Shown: positions 52,228 to 64,000 of the stretch, piece by piece | Layout of the letters: every line of letters starts with the position of its first letter | How positions within the stretch are numbered: the first letter of the stretch is position 1 | DNA from: Octopus bimaculoides | Lineage: Eukaryota | Assembly: GCF_001194135.2 (NCBI RefSeq) | Contig: NC_068991.1 | Location: 40,337,423-40,401,422 of the forward strand | DNA: 64,000 nucleotides | Direction of reading: 5' to 3' | The notes under the pieces: model-generated | Database searches by the model: none | What the model was told of the DNA's origin: nothing | Seen by the model: only the letters and a program-made list of their open reading frames with translations | Translations under genes and position numbers: made by a program

Positions 52228-55215
52228 GTAAGCTGAAATGCACATAGTTATGTTTCTTACTCTCGAAAAACACAATAGCTCTAGTAATCTTTGTGAATTG
52301 AAGCTTAGAATTGGAAAAATTCTAAGTTATTTAAACTATTGTTACATTGTTTTTTAGAAATAAATTCTTAATAAAGCTAAAGAAACAGTTTTGTGAAGTT
52401 AGTTAGAATAGTTCATGCTCCATGCAACATGAGTTCTTTTAAAAGAAGTAACAAAGTTGTATTGGTCAAAATTGTTTAGGAACTTCAATTTATTTATTTA
52501 ATTTTTTTTTGTATTACTCCAAAAAAGTATCTAAGACAAATTTGGAAATTACACAACTGTATCTGAAAAATTATTTAAAGGCACTTGTGATTTTAATGAT
52601 TCTATATGCTGCTAATATTATCTGTTCTTCAAATAGAACCAAACAGTTTGATCTTGGTAATTTGGATAAAGGAAGTACATACACATTATAAATACTAGTA
52701 CATGACCTGTTGTTTTATACCAGACCAAAATACATATTAGTTTACAACTGTTTTTATTTCCATATACAACATTATATACCACAAACAGACAGATAGGAGA
52801 TTTCAATAATTAAACAGTGTCTTTGTATACAATATTTTTACTGAATTTAACACTTTCTTAATTGTAATGCCTGCAAAATCCTCATCATTAAAGGCAAACT
52901 GTTCAATAATGAAATTCATTTCAAGATGGCTTTAATGAATGGCATTTCTTATTGCAAAGAAAGTAACATATTTAACAGAAAAAAACAAATACTTATTAGT
53001 AAGTTGTAAGAAAAATTTAAAGAATAGAGATTCATAGTTTTCATTCCATTTTGTAACACTTATTTTTAAAGGAAAAAATTTTCTATTTTCAAAAGAGGAA
53101 GTTTAATGCCTTTAATGACCATGTTGAGGAATATATATGTTTGAGTCTGTATACATACAGACACAGAGAGGAAGACTGTAAGAAATGGGGTGGGGGATGT
53201 ATTGGGTGAGTGATTTAAGTAAAAACACAGTGATAGCACTCTGCCACTGCATCACTGCTTGTCCTTGTGAAATTACATGTTCTTCAGAGGAAACTGAAGT
53301 GGACAGAACCAGTGAGTTGTCTAGGTTATATACATACATTCAGAGGAGGCGGTGGAGTTGCAAACGAAACCAGAAATTATGTTACAGGCAGATAGATTTC
53401 ACAAAAATTATAATTTGCATAATAGATTTATATTATATAAATTCTCACATGCATGCTGTTCCACAAAATTTGTGAAGTCATTAAAAACTTATCAATAGCA
53501 AAAGACATATTTATTCATAGGATCAGATCTGGAAGGAAGATTAAAGCTTGATGATTTTCTAGATCAAGATGAATGGATGGATGGGCAAGGCAATAACATA
53601 ATTATTATGGTGGCATATGTAAAAAAAAAAAATGTATTATTTGCTTCATGAATTAATTTCTTTCATAACTATTCTATTTATTTATGATGAAGAACATCAG
53701 AATCTCACTGAAAATGAATATTACATTGTTTCGACTGTTTGGTACTGTAATAAAATAGATAGTCCTAACTTCCTTGATTTGTATCCAAGTCATATATGGT
53801 CAGTATACTCAGCTTTATCTGTTTTATGCTTCTTATTGATCTTGTAGTTGGTATTAAGGAACAAAAATAAATATAAGACAATACAAACATCATTCTATCC
53901 GATAGAAAATCAATATTTTGAGTATTTACTTGGTGCTTCTTTAGTGACACAAGATTAAACACATTAGATTACAGAATCAAAGTTTAACCATTTGAAAATT
54001 CTTCGTCTACACAAGGAATGAATTTGAGCCAAGATTTTGTTTTTCCAATTTTTTTTAATTAATCAAGTATGGTTGTATTTGATATACACTTGCATTCCAC
54101 GACATAACTGGGAGAAATTGTGATCCAAAATCAACAAATATTTTACAAATTAAAGCAAGAAATAGTTTCTCCACTTATGTAGTCATCCATCATCATCATC
54201 ATGTCCTTTTCTTTTCCTTGCTTGGGTGTTGAACAGGTATTGAAGTGTTTCAGCTTCTCTTCTATCCCTTTGTTATTGGCATGCCACTGGCACTAGTTTG
54301 CAACTGTTACTATTCAATTCACTACCTTGCAACAGTTACTATTCAATTTAAAAGCATTTTGCTGTCTTATGTCTATGAGATATTGGTTTGCAATGAAATA
54401 CTCTTGTCTATAGCCACAGATGTCTCTTAGAATCTATGTTATGTATCATGATTATCTATGAATATATTTCTGTTGCATTTCTATTTTCTTTTAATCAGTT
54501 TTGTTTTATGTAGTAACTTTTGTGTTTAACTGGCCTTGATTGTGGACTTAATAAGCTCGTGACTTAGCAATAAGAAGGTTTTTTTTTTTTAATTTGTTTA
54601 GTAATCACTGATTAAAAAAAAAAAAAACTAGACTCCCTTTAAACAATTATTTAAATACTTACTGAAGCTAGCACTCAGAACTACTAATCTAATCAATATG
54701 ATAAAAACAATAGCACCTAGTATTTTGATATTTATTATATGGAGAAGTTATGGTGGTAGTACACAATAAGGATATGAGGAGAGTTTATATGTTTTGGTGC
54801 TTCCCACCCTATGGTATTAGGCTCAGTCCCATTTTATAGCACCATAGGCATGTCTTCTACTATAACCGTTGGCTGACCAAAACCTTGTGAGTGGATCTAG
54901 TAGATGAAAACTGTGGAAGCCCATCATATATCTATGTATGTATATATATTTATGTATACATGTGTCTGAATGTATCTATGTTTGTGTCTCCTTGGCATTA
55001 TGTGATAGTTGTAAATGAGTATCACTGTCATACAAGCAGCATCATTCATTTCCAATATTCTGTGAAAACATCTCTAGGCATGGAAAATTATCACCTTAGT
55101 TGGAAACAGGTATGGGTTGGTGACAGTAAGGGTATCCAGCTGTACAAAATTTGCCTCATTAAATTCCATCTAAATCATGCAAGCAAGGAAAATGAACTTT
55201 AAAACAAATGTTTGT

Positions 55216-55252
<37 letters not shown>

Positions 55253-56482
55253 TAGATAGATAAAGAAGATAAAGGGGAATAAAGTATGACTGCATTGGTT
55301 GTCACTAATCGACACATGAATCCTTTTCATGTGCGAGCACACACGCATACATGTTCTCTGCTTTTTATGGAAAATTTGTGATAATGGAAAGTCAACATGA
55401 TTCTGTGAAGCTGACTTTATATAAACAAAAAGGGATATTTCATTTCACATGGATATTTGCTTTTGTTTTTCCCCATTTTACAGCACTTAATGAGATGAAA
55501 GCTACTATATGATATATATATATATTTCAGCACAAATACTATTTTCTACAATTTTATTTAAACAGGGTTTGAGTTTAGTTTTCATTTTAGCTCATGTTTT
55601 GGTATTGAGATATTTTTGATATAGGAAAGCTGCATTTACTTATTAAGGAATGTATTTGAAAATTCTATCTAAATAATGTAATCCAGTGTAATAAATTGCC
55701 TGTGTGGTTAAGAAGTTTGCTTCCCTACCACATAGTTTCAGGTTCAGTCCCACTGCATGGTACCTTAGGCAAGAGTCTTCTTTTATAGACTCAGGAAGAC
55801 CAAAACCTTGTGAGTGAATTTGGTAGATGGAAACTGAAAGAAGCCCATCATGTGCGTGTATTTATATTTGTGCTTTATGAAAGTTACTTGCTCTGAGCAG
55901 TGTTGTTGTTGTTGTTGTTATCTGTTAGCAAATTGTCCATTTGCTTTACACCTTCAAAGATGCATAAAATAAGAGAACCCTTACTTGAAAACAAGTAAGG
56001 TTTAGTGACAGGAAGGGCAAACAATACCTCAAATAGTATAAATGGGTAACACATGCTAGCATGGAAATACACATAAAACAACATACAAGGTTAGCATTTT
56101 CTGAAATTTGATTCAGCTTTATATTTTGTCAAGTTTATTTACTGAAGTAGTTGTATAGGGTTACAATTACAACTATTATCAATTACAAATAGAATTGAGA
56201 GCATATCCCATGTCATAATTGTTGTAATAGAGCACCCAAACAACTGCAATTTCTTGATGCTTTAACATTGTTGCAAGTTAATTAAAACAATTATTTCAGC
56301 TTTGATTTAGGTCATAGATCTGCTTGATTGGAGCCAAGCTGGTATCTAAACAATGACAGATACATTTACGATTATGTAAAGATATATCAAGTTTATGTTG
56401 AAGCTAGTAATCAAGTTGTATGTGTGTGTATTGGAATTTAATTCAGTCTCTGCATCATTATCTAAGTTGTGGTACATAAGTG

Positions 56483-56485
<3 letters not shown>

Positions 56486-56538
<53 letters not shown>
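56486..56538. repeat. (TTA)n microsatellite
   Basis: Direct reading; explains the poly-Tyr ORF. Confidence 0.95.
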
Positions 56539-56540
<2 letters not shown>

Positions 56541-57068
56541 GGGCTGTGGAGATGGTTCATATAACAGAAAATTAGTTCAAATCCTGCTGCACTATGGATC
56601 CAAACACTTGTTATTCCCTGTTCTCTATTTCAATTAATTTACATGATCCAATGGAATCTAATATCATCATATTTCCATTTTCCATGCTGGTAATTCTAGC
56701 CACTTTACAGAGTATACTGTGTGCATTTTATCCTGGTACCAACACTAGAGATTTAATTGACTAAAGCTCTCTCCCAATTTTCAGGTCTTGTGAAACAATG
56801 AAGGGTAGTAGATAGGCAAAATCCTTAAAGCATCAAATAAAATGCCTTGCAGTATTGAGTTCCGACTTTTTTTTTTTCCAATCCCGCCAAACTTTATCTT
56901 TCATCCTTTTCAGCTCAATAAATATATTACCAATCAAGTGCTGGGGAGTGATGTAACTGTCTGGCCCTGGCTCTTCAAAATTGCTGGTTTTGTGCCTAAA
57001 TTAAAAACCATTGTTATTATTATGCATTTGTTTTAAAGATTTCATGAGTGAATTATAATGATTAAAAA

Positions 57069-57119
57069 TTTTCTTTTTCTTTTGTTCTAGTGTTGGACAT
57101 TACGCTATAGGCTGCAATC
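57069..57119 (+). other. Splice acceptor and 5'UTR part of the PMCA ATG exon (AG at 57089-57090; second AG at 57109-57110)
   Basis: Polypyrimidine tract ttttctttttcttttgttctag directly upstream of the ATG-containing segment implies at least one upstream exon. Confidence 0.7.
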
Positions 57120-57282
57120 ATGGGGGATGAGGTTGACGGCCACCCACCTGAATATGGGATAACACTTGAGGAGTTACGGGATTTAATGCAAATAAAAGGT
57201 GCTGATGCTGTAGAAACAATTAGCAAAAAATACGGTGGTGTATTGGAAATTTGTAAAAAATTGTATACTTCAACAAGTGAAG
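57120..57282 (+). CDS. ATP2B: First coding exon of a plasma membrane calcium-transporting ATPase (PMCA, P2B-type ATPase); 54 codons plus 1 nt (phase-1 intron follows)
   Basis: Translates to MGDEVDGHPPEYGITLEELRDLMQIKGADAVETISKKYGGVLEICKKLYTSTSE(G). This matches the recalled PMCA N-terminal pattern (F/Y)GITLxELRxLM...YGxVxxICxKLxTSPxEG. ATG context is gcaatcATGG, there is an in-frame TAG at 57108-57110, and the donor GAAG|gtaaat lies at 57282/57283. Confidence 0.93.
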
Positions 57283-58045
57283 GTAAATTCATTTTCTATT
57301 TTTCCATGATGATTATGATTTTTAAAATATTCATTTTCAGAAGATAGACCTTTCATATTGAAATCCAATCTTACTATTTCACATGTCTTTTTTCAGTCTT
57401 TAAATATCATAAGTGTAGACACAGTATAAGCGAATGGTTTGCAACTATAAGGTCTAGGATTTGATCCAACTATTTGGCATTTTGGGCCAATGCCATTTTC
57501 AGTAGCTGACATATATCTTGTGAGTGAACTGGGTTGAAGATAACTGTAAAGAAACCTACCTGGTAGATTATACCTGTAAACACTGTATCATGCTGATTCT
57601 GTCTGAGAATTATACTAGGGATACACATGTCTGTGGAGTACTCAGCCACTTTCATATTGATTCAGGAACAGGTAGTTGAGTTGATTGAAACCGCTGAATT
57701 GTCATTATCAGATGACAGAGACCCACTACAAGCATATTACAGGTACCATTCATTGACAACAAGTAACACTTTTCACCCAGCATACATCATCCATTCACAT
57801 GGTATTATTATTATTAGAGTGCAAGGCAGCAAGCTGGCAGAATTGTTAGCATGTCAGGCAAAATGCTTAGCAGCATTTCGTCCATCATTACATTCTGAGT
57901 TCAGATTCCACCAAGGTCAACTTTGCCTTTCATCCTTTTGGAGTCAATCAATTAAGTACCAGTGAATCACTGGGATCAATGTAATCAACTAGTCCCCTCC
58001 CACAAAATTTCAGGCCTTGTGCCTTTAGCAGACAGAATTATTATT

Positions 58046-59900
58046 ACCAGAATTCCACTGACCTACATACATCAGCTGATTCTTTAATATCCAGTTATTC
58101 TTTCAGTTCACTTGTACTCTGCCTTGCACATCCAATGGATCATATTTGATTAAGTTTCCTTTCTGCTCTCTTCACAATCTCTATAATCAGTGCCCATCTC
58201 TCACTATTTCTGTACTTTCACTTGCCTACATGTCCTTCATACAGTCTATCTTTTTTATACATACATACAGGGTAAGCTTTAATTACTAACAGAATAGCAC
58301 CTATCTGAACATCTTTCATATCTTCTTATAACCTCTACAACATTCTCACTACAATTAGATCAGTACTAAATAGGTGATTTATATATTCCATCAAGCAAGC
58401 TATCTAAGCAATTCACCAGCTTAATTGTGTACATGTTTTCTGCTGCTAATTACTACTGTTAATGACATCAGAAGTCTTGGTTCTCTGTCAGTCTGCCAGA
58501 GATCTGACTGCAACATTCATTTACCCATTGAATGCTCAATATTAAGTCCCTTCCTATTCCCTCCTATTAAAATCACTTCTCAAATGCATTAAGATATTGT
58601 GTTCTCATTTACTTAAGTCTTTACCATGTTGACCTTTAAGTTTTAGGGCTCCCAAACATTTTTCAAGTTTGGAAATTTTTTTCTACAACTCTTCAACAGA
58701 TTCTGCAGTGGAACCCCCATCTTTAACATGTAAAACTCTTGTATTATTGATCAAAAATTATAATGTGAAAATGGGGGCTGAGAACAGAGCCTTAGATAAA
58801 CTCATTTATGATCAATTCTTGACAACTCTACACTTATTTACACCAACTTTGTAGACATCTTCAGCTGCATTCTCAAGCTAATCATCTCTACCTATCATTC
58901 ATAGCTTCTAACAAAGTAGAAAGTATGATACTGTCAAAAGCAACTAAAGACATGTATATTTGTTTTTAGTTAACTCCCTTTGTAGCTGTCCCACAAAGAA
59001 GACATCTACATATCTATAACCATGTCTTGCAAAACTTCACTGCAACTCTCTCGGCTAATTTTAATAGATGCCTGACCATACTGAAGAAGACCCATACCCT
59101 GCAGCAGAAGTGTTAAGACTGATCCTTCTGGCTGCGTAAAGTACCCATGTGGTGCCAAGTAAAAGCACCCATGCAGCAATGCATAAAAGAGCCCATGCAG
59201 CAACATGTAAAAGCACCCATGTAGTGTCACACAAAAGCATCTATGCAGTGCCACGTAAAGACATCCAGCACACTCTGTAAAGTGGTTGGCTTTAGGAAAG
59301 GCATCCAGTTGTAGAAACCATGCCAAATGAAACTTGAGTCTGGTGAAGCCCCCTGGTTTGCCAGTATGGACAATGGGCTTTAAATAATGATGATGATGAC
59401 AGTACCTGATGCTTTCTACATAACAGCGTTTATTTGTGAAGTACCTGTAGTTTTCCCTGCCTTCATCTCCTTAATTGCCTTAGTAACAATGTAAAGAATA
59501 ATCTGTATAGCTGGCTCTTCTGTTACTTTTGTGTCAGGGAGAATCATACTACACCATTCATATTCAACAACCTCCTCTAATGAGACATCCTTAGACTCTG
59601 CTTTTTAAATGTTACTGGGGTAAAGGTTTATTTATATCATTTGGAGACTGCCTCTTGAAGTATTCATTTAAAAATCCACCACTCTCATCTTTTAATAGAG
59701 GATATATAACACTTGCACAAAAAAATTACTCTTCGTAGAATGTTATCCTACTTTACTTGAGCATTTGACTTAGTATATTTTATTCAATTTCTTTTACTGA
59801 TGCTTTTCACTCTTAGTCTTTAATTACCACAACTTGGAATTTTCCATTTGTACTTTTCTCATACCCAGTCGACTTCTATAAACTCTACTGTTTTAACTTA
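58046..59900 (-). mobile_element. Old RTE-type LINE fragment (RT region), interrupted at about 59135-59400
   Basis: Minus-strand remnants TKAIKEMKAGKTTG, FFVGQLQ, ttgacag (FD), aaggctctgttctcagcccc (GSVLSP), AESVEEL, cttaaaggtcaacatggtaaagact (GLKVNxxKT-like) and gactgtatgaagg (RLYE), all in the expected order. Confidence 0.65.
59135..59400 (+). mobile_element. RTE-type 3'UTR fragment carrying a ~24-bp tandem array
   Basis: About six units of taaaagcacccatgcagtgccacg, then gtggttggctttaggaaaggcatccagttgtagaaacc and a (GAT)n end. Confidence 0.7.
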
Positions 59901-60030
59901 GTAAGAAGCTGAGCATTACTCCACTCTTTCCTTTGTTTTCTCTTTTTCCTTTTAGAATGCTGTGGTATTTATGGTTTATAAAACAAGATCATAACAAATG
60001 TATTTTTCAATTTTCATCTGTTTCATTTAA

Positions 60031-60250
60031 CCCTTTAATAATCAAACTAACCATATCAGGTCCAAATATTCTGCCTGTTTTATGTTAAAACTCACCAGAT
60101 CCAACCTCTCACACTTACCTTATAATATCATTCTAAAAATAAATAATCATGTCATTGAAATCTCAAAACTCCAAGATAATGTATGATAAATTCAAAATAA
60201 TATGAATAAATAGGCATTACATTTGACAGAATAATCTGAATGCTAAAGGG
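60031..60250. mobile_element. Best-preserved TTAA MITE copy (220 bp)
   Basis: ttaa|ccctttaata ... aatgctaaaggg|ttaa. Confidence 0.8.
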
Positions 60251-61009
60251 TTAAACACTTTAACTCTCCGTTGGTATTCAATATTTCTATTAATTTTCTT
60301 TTATATTGGTTAAGCTCTTCATGTCTTTTATATAGATCCACTAATACTTTTACCATTTTGTGATGTTTAAAATCATATTAAGATTTTATTTCCTGTCGAC
60401 ATACTTACACACATAAACTTAAAATTGAGATATTTTAAAGAGAATCCTTAATATCTGCATATTTACAAATTTATATTAGACTTAAAATATTTTATATTTA
60501 TTATAGAATATTTTTCCAATAAATTCTAAGGCTCTGTGTATGTCCTATCTCACTATAAGAACCTAATAAATTTGATTTCTTACACACATAATTTCTGTAT
60601 TAATAACTCCCGGAATACATATCTCTAGTACAGCAATCAAGCTAGTATTGGATCTCCTTCCCAAAATAACATTGAAATAGGAACTTAGAAATTGATAGAG
60701 GTAAATAATAATGAAGTTAGCTTCTGTATCTAAAGAAAAGTCAATGCTCCTGTCCTTTGCAGGCCATTCTAAACTCAGGAGAGACTAATACCATCACTGT
60801 TTCTCTTATATTGTTGCAAGTCAACAAAGATATAAGCAGGGAGAGAAGAACTGAGTGTAAAGGCTACTTGGAAGACTGAGAAGTGGACACAGCATAGGTG
60901 ATGAGATGAAACAACAATGGATTCAGAAATTTCCACATGGATGTGACTTGATCTCCTATATGCAATATACATCTCTCGCTGAATAATAATAGTCTTGCTA
61001 TTAAATAAA

Positions 61010-61400
61010 CAATGTACACCTATCATTCAATAGTGATGAGTTTTATTATTATCACTCAAATATGCTAGTTTTGCTGTGATATATATCAGTCAATGATGAA
61101 ATTCTTGCTAGTATATATATATATATATATATGTATAAATGTACAGCTGTCACTCTTTGCTACTACATAACAATGTACACTAATGATGATAGTGTTCCTA
61201 TGCACCTCTTACTTATTGATGAAATTTACCACTATATAACAATGTATATCTCACTCGATAGTAGTTTTGCTATGATCATATCACTGAACAGTATTGTTTT
61301 TCCTATTATATAAACTGTAACCACTATCTTTCAACGGTACCAGTTTTCCTACTATAAATATACACATGTCACTCAATGGTGATAGCTTTGGTGCTATTTC
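61010..61400 (+). repeat. Degenerate ~40-45-bp minisatellite; resumes at about 62218-62345
   Basis: Recurring unit close to tgtacacctgtcactcaatagtgatagttttgctactatataacaa. Confidence 0.55.
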
Positions 61401-61735
61401 CCCTTTCAAGTTCTTCATCCATCTGTGCACATTACTCTTACCAATGATGTCATCACCGTAAACAAGTTATAGCCTTCTATGGATGTTAGACCCACCGGTA
61501 TCACTCCTTTGTCAAACACTCAGTGACAGCACATTGTTTCTGTTTTGAATCCTTTGTTTGCCTGCAATGAAGAAGAACAGGAAGAAGAGTTACTATAGAG
61601 AACAGTAGAGTTTATAAAAGTCGACTGGGTGGGGAAACTTTTTAGTACAGCAGGCAAAAATTTACAAAGAAGGTCTGTGGGCAGATCTCAAGTTCTAACT
61701 TTTATATCTGTGTAGATCTTGTGTATATGTATATA

Positions 61736-61794
<59 letters not shown>

Positions 61795-62344
61795 GTATGT
61801 ATAATTCGATATACATTAATAGAGAGAAGTTTAACACATTAAATTGATGTGTAACATCTTCATTAACACTGCCACTGAATTTAGGACATTTACATTAGCT
61901 GAAAAATATAGAAACTTCATAACTAGAGTGTAGTTAGGTCTCAAGGGGGTGGTACAAACCTAGCAATATGTGTTTTATAGTGAAAACAAAATTTCCATTC
62001 AAATGGCAATTACCAGGTGATTTTCTGTTTGAGTCTAACCGTTTTAAGTCATAGTGGAAACATGACCTATGTCGCAAGTAGGCATACAAGTATTGTATAA
62101 CTTTTATAAATGAAAAATTTACTATATTTTGTACATATGAGTATATAAGCCTGCAGGCGAAATAAAATGGGCTTGTGAGTACAATTGCACCTGTGGGTGG
62201 GGTTTCCGCACCCCTGATGTACATCTGTCACTCAATTATGATAGTTTTTGCTCTGATAAGCAATGTTTACTTTTTGCTCAATAATATTAGCTTTGCTATT
62301 TTGTAACACTGTATACTTGTACTCAAATATAGTTTTGTTACTAT

Positions 62345-64000
62345 AAACATGGTGATCACTTAACATCTATGTTCCATGCTGGCATGGGTTGGCTGGTTTG
62401 ACAGGATCTGACAGGTCCATTGTCTTCTTTGGCATGGCTTCTGCAGCAGGATGTACTTCCTAATGCCAACCAACTTACAATGTGTACTGGATTGTTCATT
62501 TTTATACTACCAGCTCTAGTAAGGTTCATGCAAGACTACAAATCCCAAGAGAGTGATTTAAGTTAGGAGATGAGGGGGTTAAACTATGAGAGAAATGTGC
62601 CAGAGTAAAACAGGTTTCTTATCATGGAGGGGTCACATGGGTGCTCACAACTTAAAAGAGAGGGTAGGTGTGAGCAGGGTGGATCAAGGGAGAGATAAAA
62701 TAGTGGTGATGAGGCATTAGTGTACACTCTCAAGTTTCAAGGTGATTGTAAGTAAATTGGAGAAGAAGAACCAAGAGTGAGTTGGGATGAGGTTGCTACA
62801 AGTAGAGTGGATGATAAGTATGGAAGGAAGGGAAGAGTAGGTGGCAACTGTAGAGATTGGATAGGTGTGGGGTGGGTGTAGTGAATGATGGATCAGAATG
62901 AGGCTGACAAAATTTTGCATGGGGTGAAGAGTAGCAGAATAGTAATGATGATGCGATAGACAAGGAAAGGATGGGAGAGAGAGAGAGAGAGAGAGAGAGT
63001 TAGCAAGCATATGAGAAGGTGGCAAGAGTGTAGGGATAGAGAAAGGCAGGCATAGTGCATGGAGAGAGTGAGAGACATATGGATATCAAGTGAAATGATT
63101 CCAGGTAGTGAGAAAGATTAGTGGTATCAAAGAAAAGCTGCAGTTAGAGAGATGATGGGTAGTGGAAGTGTCTTGGTGAGGAAATTTGTGCAAAGGGTTC
63201 AGTTGTGAATGTATCTGTATACACACATGCACAGCACTTCCAGAACTTAGAATTGCTGAGTTGGATGAGTTCTTCTCAAAAACTGCATATCATTGGTCAT
63301 CCCACTCTCTTATCATCTTCTCCATGATATTCAAGGTCCTGATATCAGTTTTCACCACTTCCCTGCATGTCTTCCTGTGTCTTCCTCTTCTGCAAGTTCC
63401 CTCCAAGAGATTGGCACTTTTTACACCTGTTCTCATCCATATACATTACAAGTCCATATCAGTGCAATTTTCTTTCTTGCACACAACATCTGGTTCTTTT
63501 ATGCCTGGTCTTTCTGAGCACATTTGTAATATCTCTTTCATGTGCATTTACTTTGCACAGTTCAAGTTTTCTATATTCAAAGTCCATATTTCACTACCAT
63601 GTAGCATCACAGTTCTAACACAAGTGTCATACAATCTGCCCTTCACTCTGAAGGAAAGCACTTTTGTTGTTCACCAGCAGCAGTAGAAGCTCCCTGGACG
63701 TTTTCCAACCTGTTCTTACCCTGACTACTATACTTTCGGAGCAACCACCTCCCCTGCCAATTACATGCCCTAGGTAACAAAAGCTTTTGGCTACTTTTTG
63801 TGAGCTATCTGAGCATTTAAGAGTATCTACTTACAATGTGCTCATAGTATGTACTGATCCAGTTCATTCGTCACATATGCATACTTTCTCGGTTGGTCTG
63901 CCTGTGATTCCACTATACTCTTGTGTGTCCATAGCTTACATTAAGTACAGCATATGAGTTTATACCTGATCCTTCCCTCCAGATCAAGCAAAGCCATTTC
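62345..64000 (-). mobile_element. RTE-type LINE 3' portion with long 3'UTR, running off the window end
   Basis: Minus-strand CKLWTHK, FCYLGHVIGRGGGCSESIVVRVRTGWK and RVKGRLYDTCVRTVMLHGSEIW, then an ~800-nt pyrimidine-rich UTR and the RTE-type tail at 62355-62480. Confidence 0.8.

Noticed and set aside
56395-56637. Poly-Tyr ORF
   Set aside because: It is a (TTA)n microsatellite.
57283-57347. Extension of the PMCA ORF (KFIFYFSMMIMIFKIFIFRR)
   Set aside because: This is read-through into the intron past the donor at 57283; similarity to PMCA ends at the donor.
59135-59290. CRISPR-like array
   Set aside because: The units are contiguous with no unique spacers, and the context is eukaryotic with no cas genes.
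57283-64000. Next PMCA exon (expected to encode roughly RxxxFGxNxIPPKxPKxFLxLVWEA)
   Set aside because: No such peptide was found in the ORF track or by eye; it presumably lies beyond the window.

Overview
AT-rich, microsatellite-laden animal genomic DNA with several N gaps. The repeat landscape (tRNA-headed SINEs, RTE and CR1 LINEs) looks like an octopod cephalopod; that assignment is an inference from recalled repeat families, not a search result. Only one host protein-coding exon is supportable: the first coding exon of a plasma-membrane Ca2+-ATPase (PMCA/ATP2B) at 57120-57282 (+). The next PMCA exon was not found before 64000, so the gene continues beyond the window. The 57 kb upstream is non-coding (5' introns and/or intergenic) and holds a few candidate 5'UTR exons. 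The rest is transposon debris: a CR1-type LINE with an inverted 5' half, several RTE fragments, a Tc1 and a mariner element, a Gypsy element nested in an older Gypsy, a 1.35-kb LTR mini-element inserted in a TTAA-flanked MITE, and many SINEs. The most unusual signals are a minimal hammerhead-ribozyme core at the apex of a near-perfect ~120-bp inverted repeat (699-986) and a 43-pair hairpin at 33004-33091.
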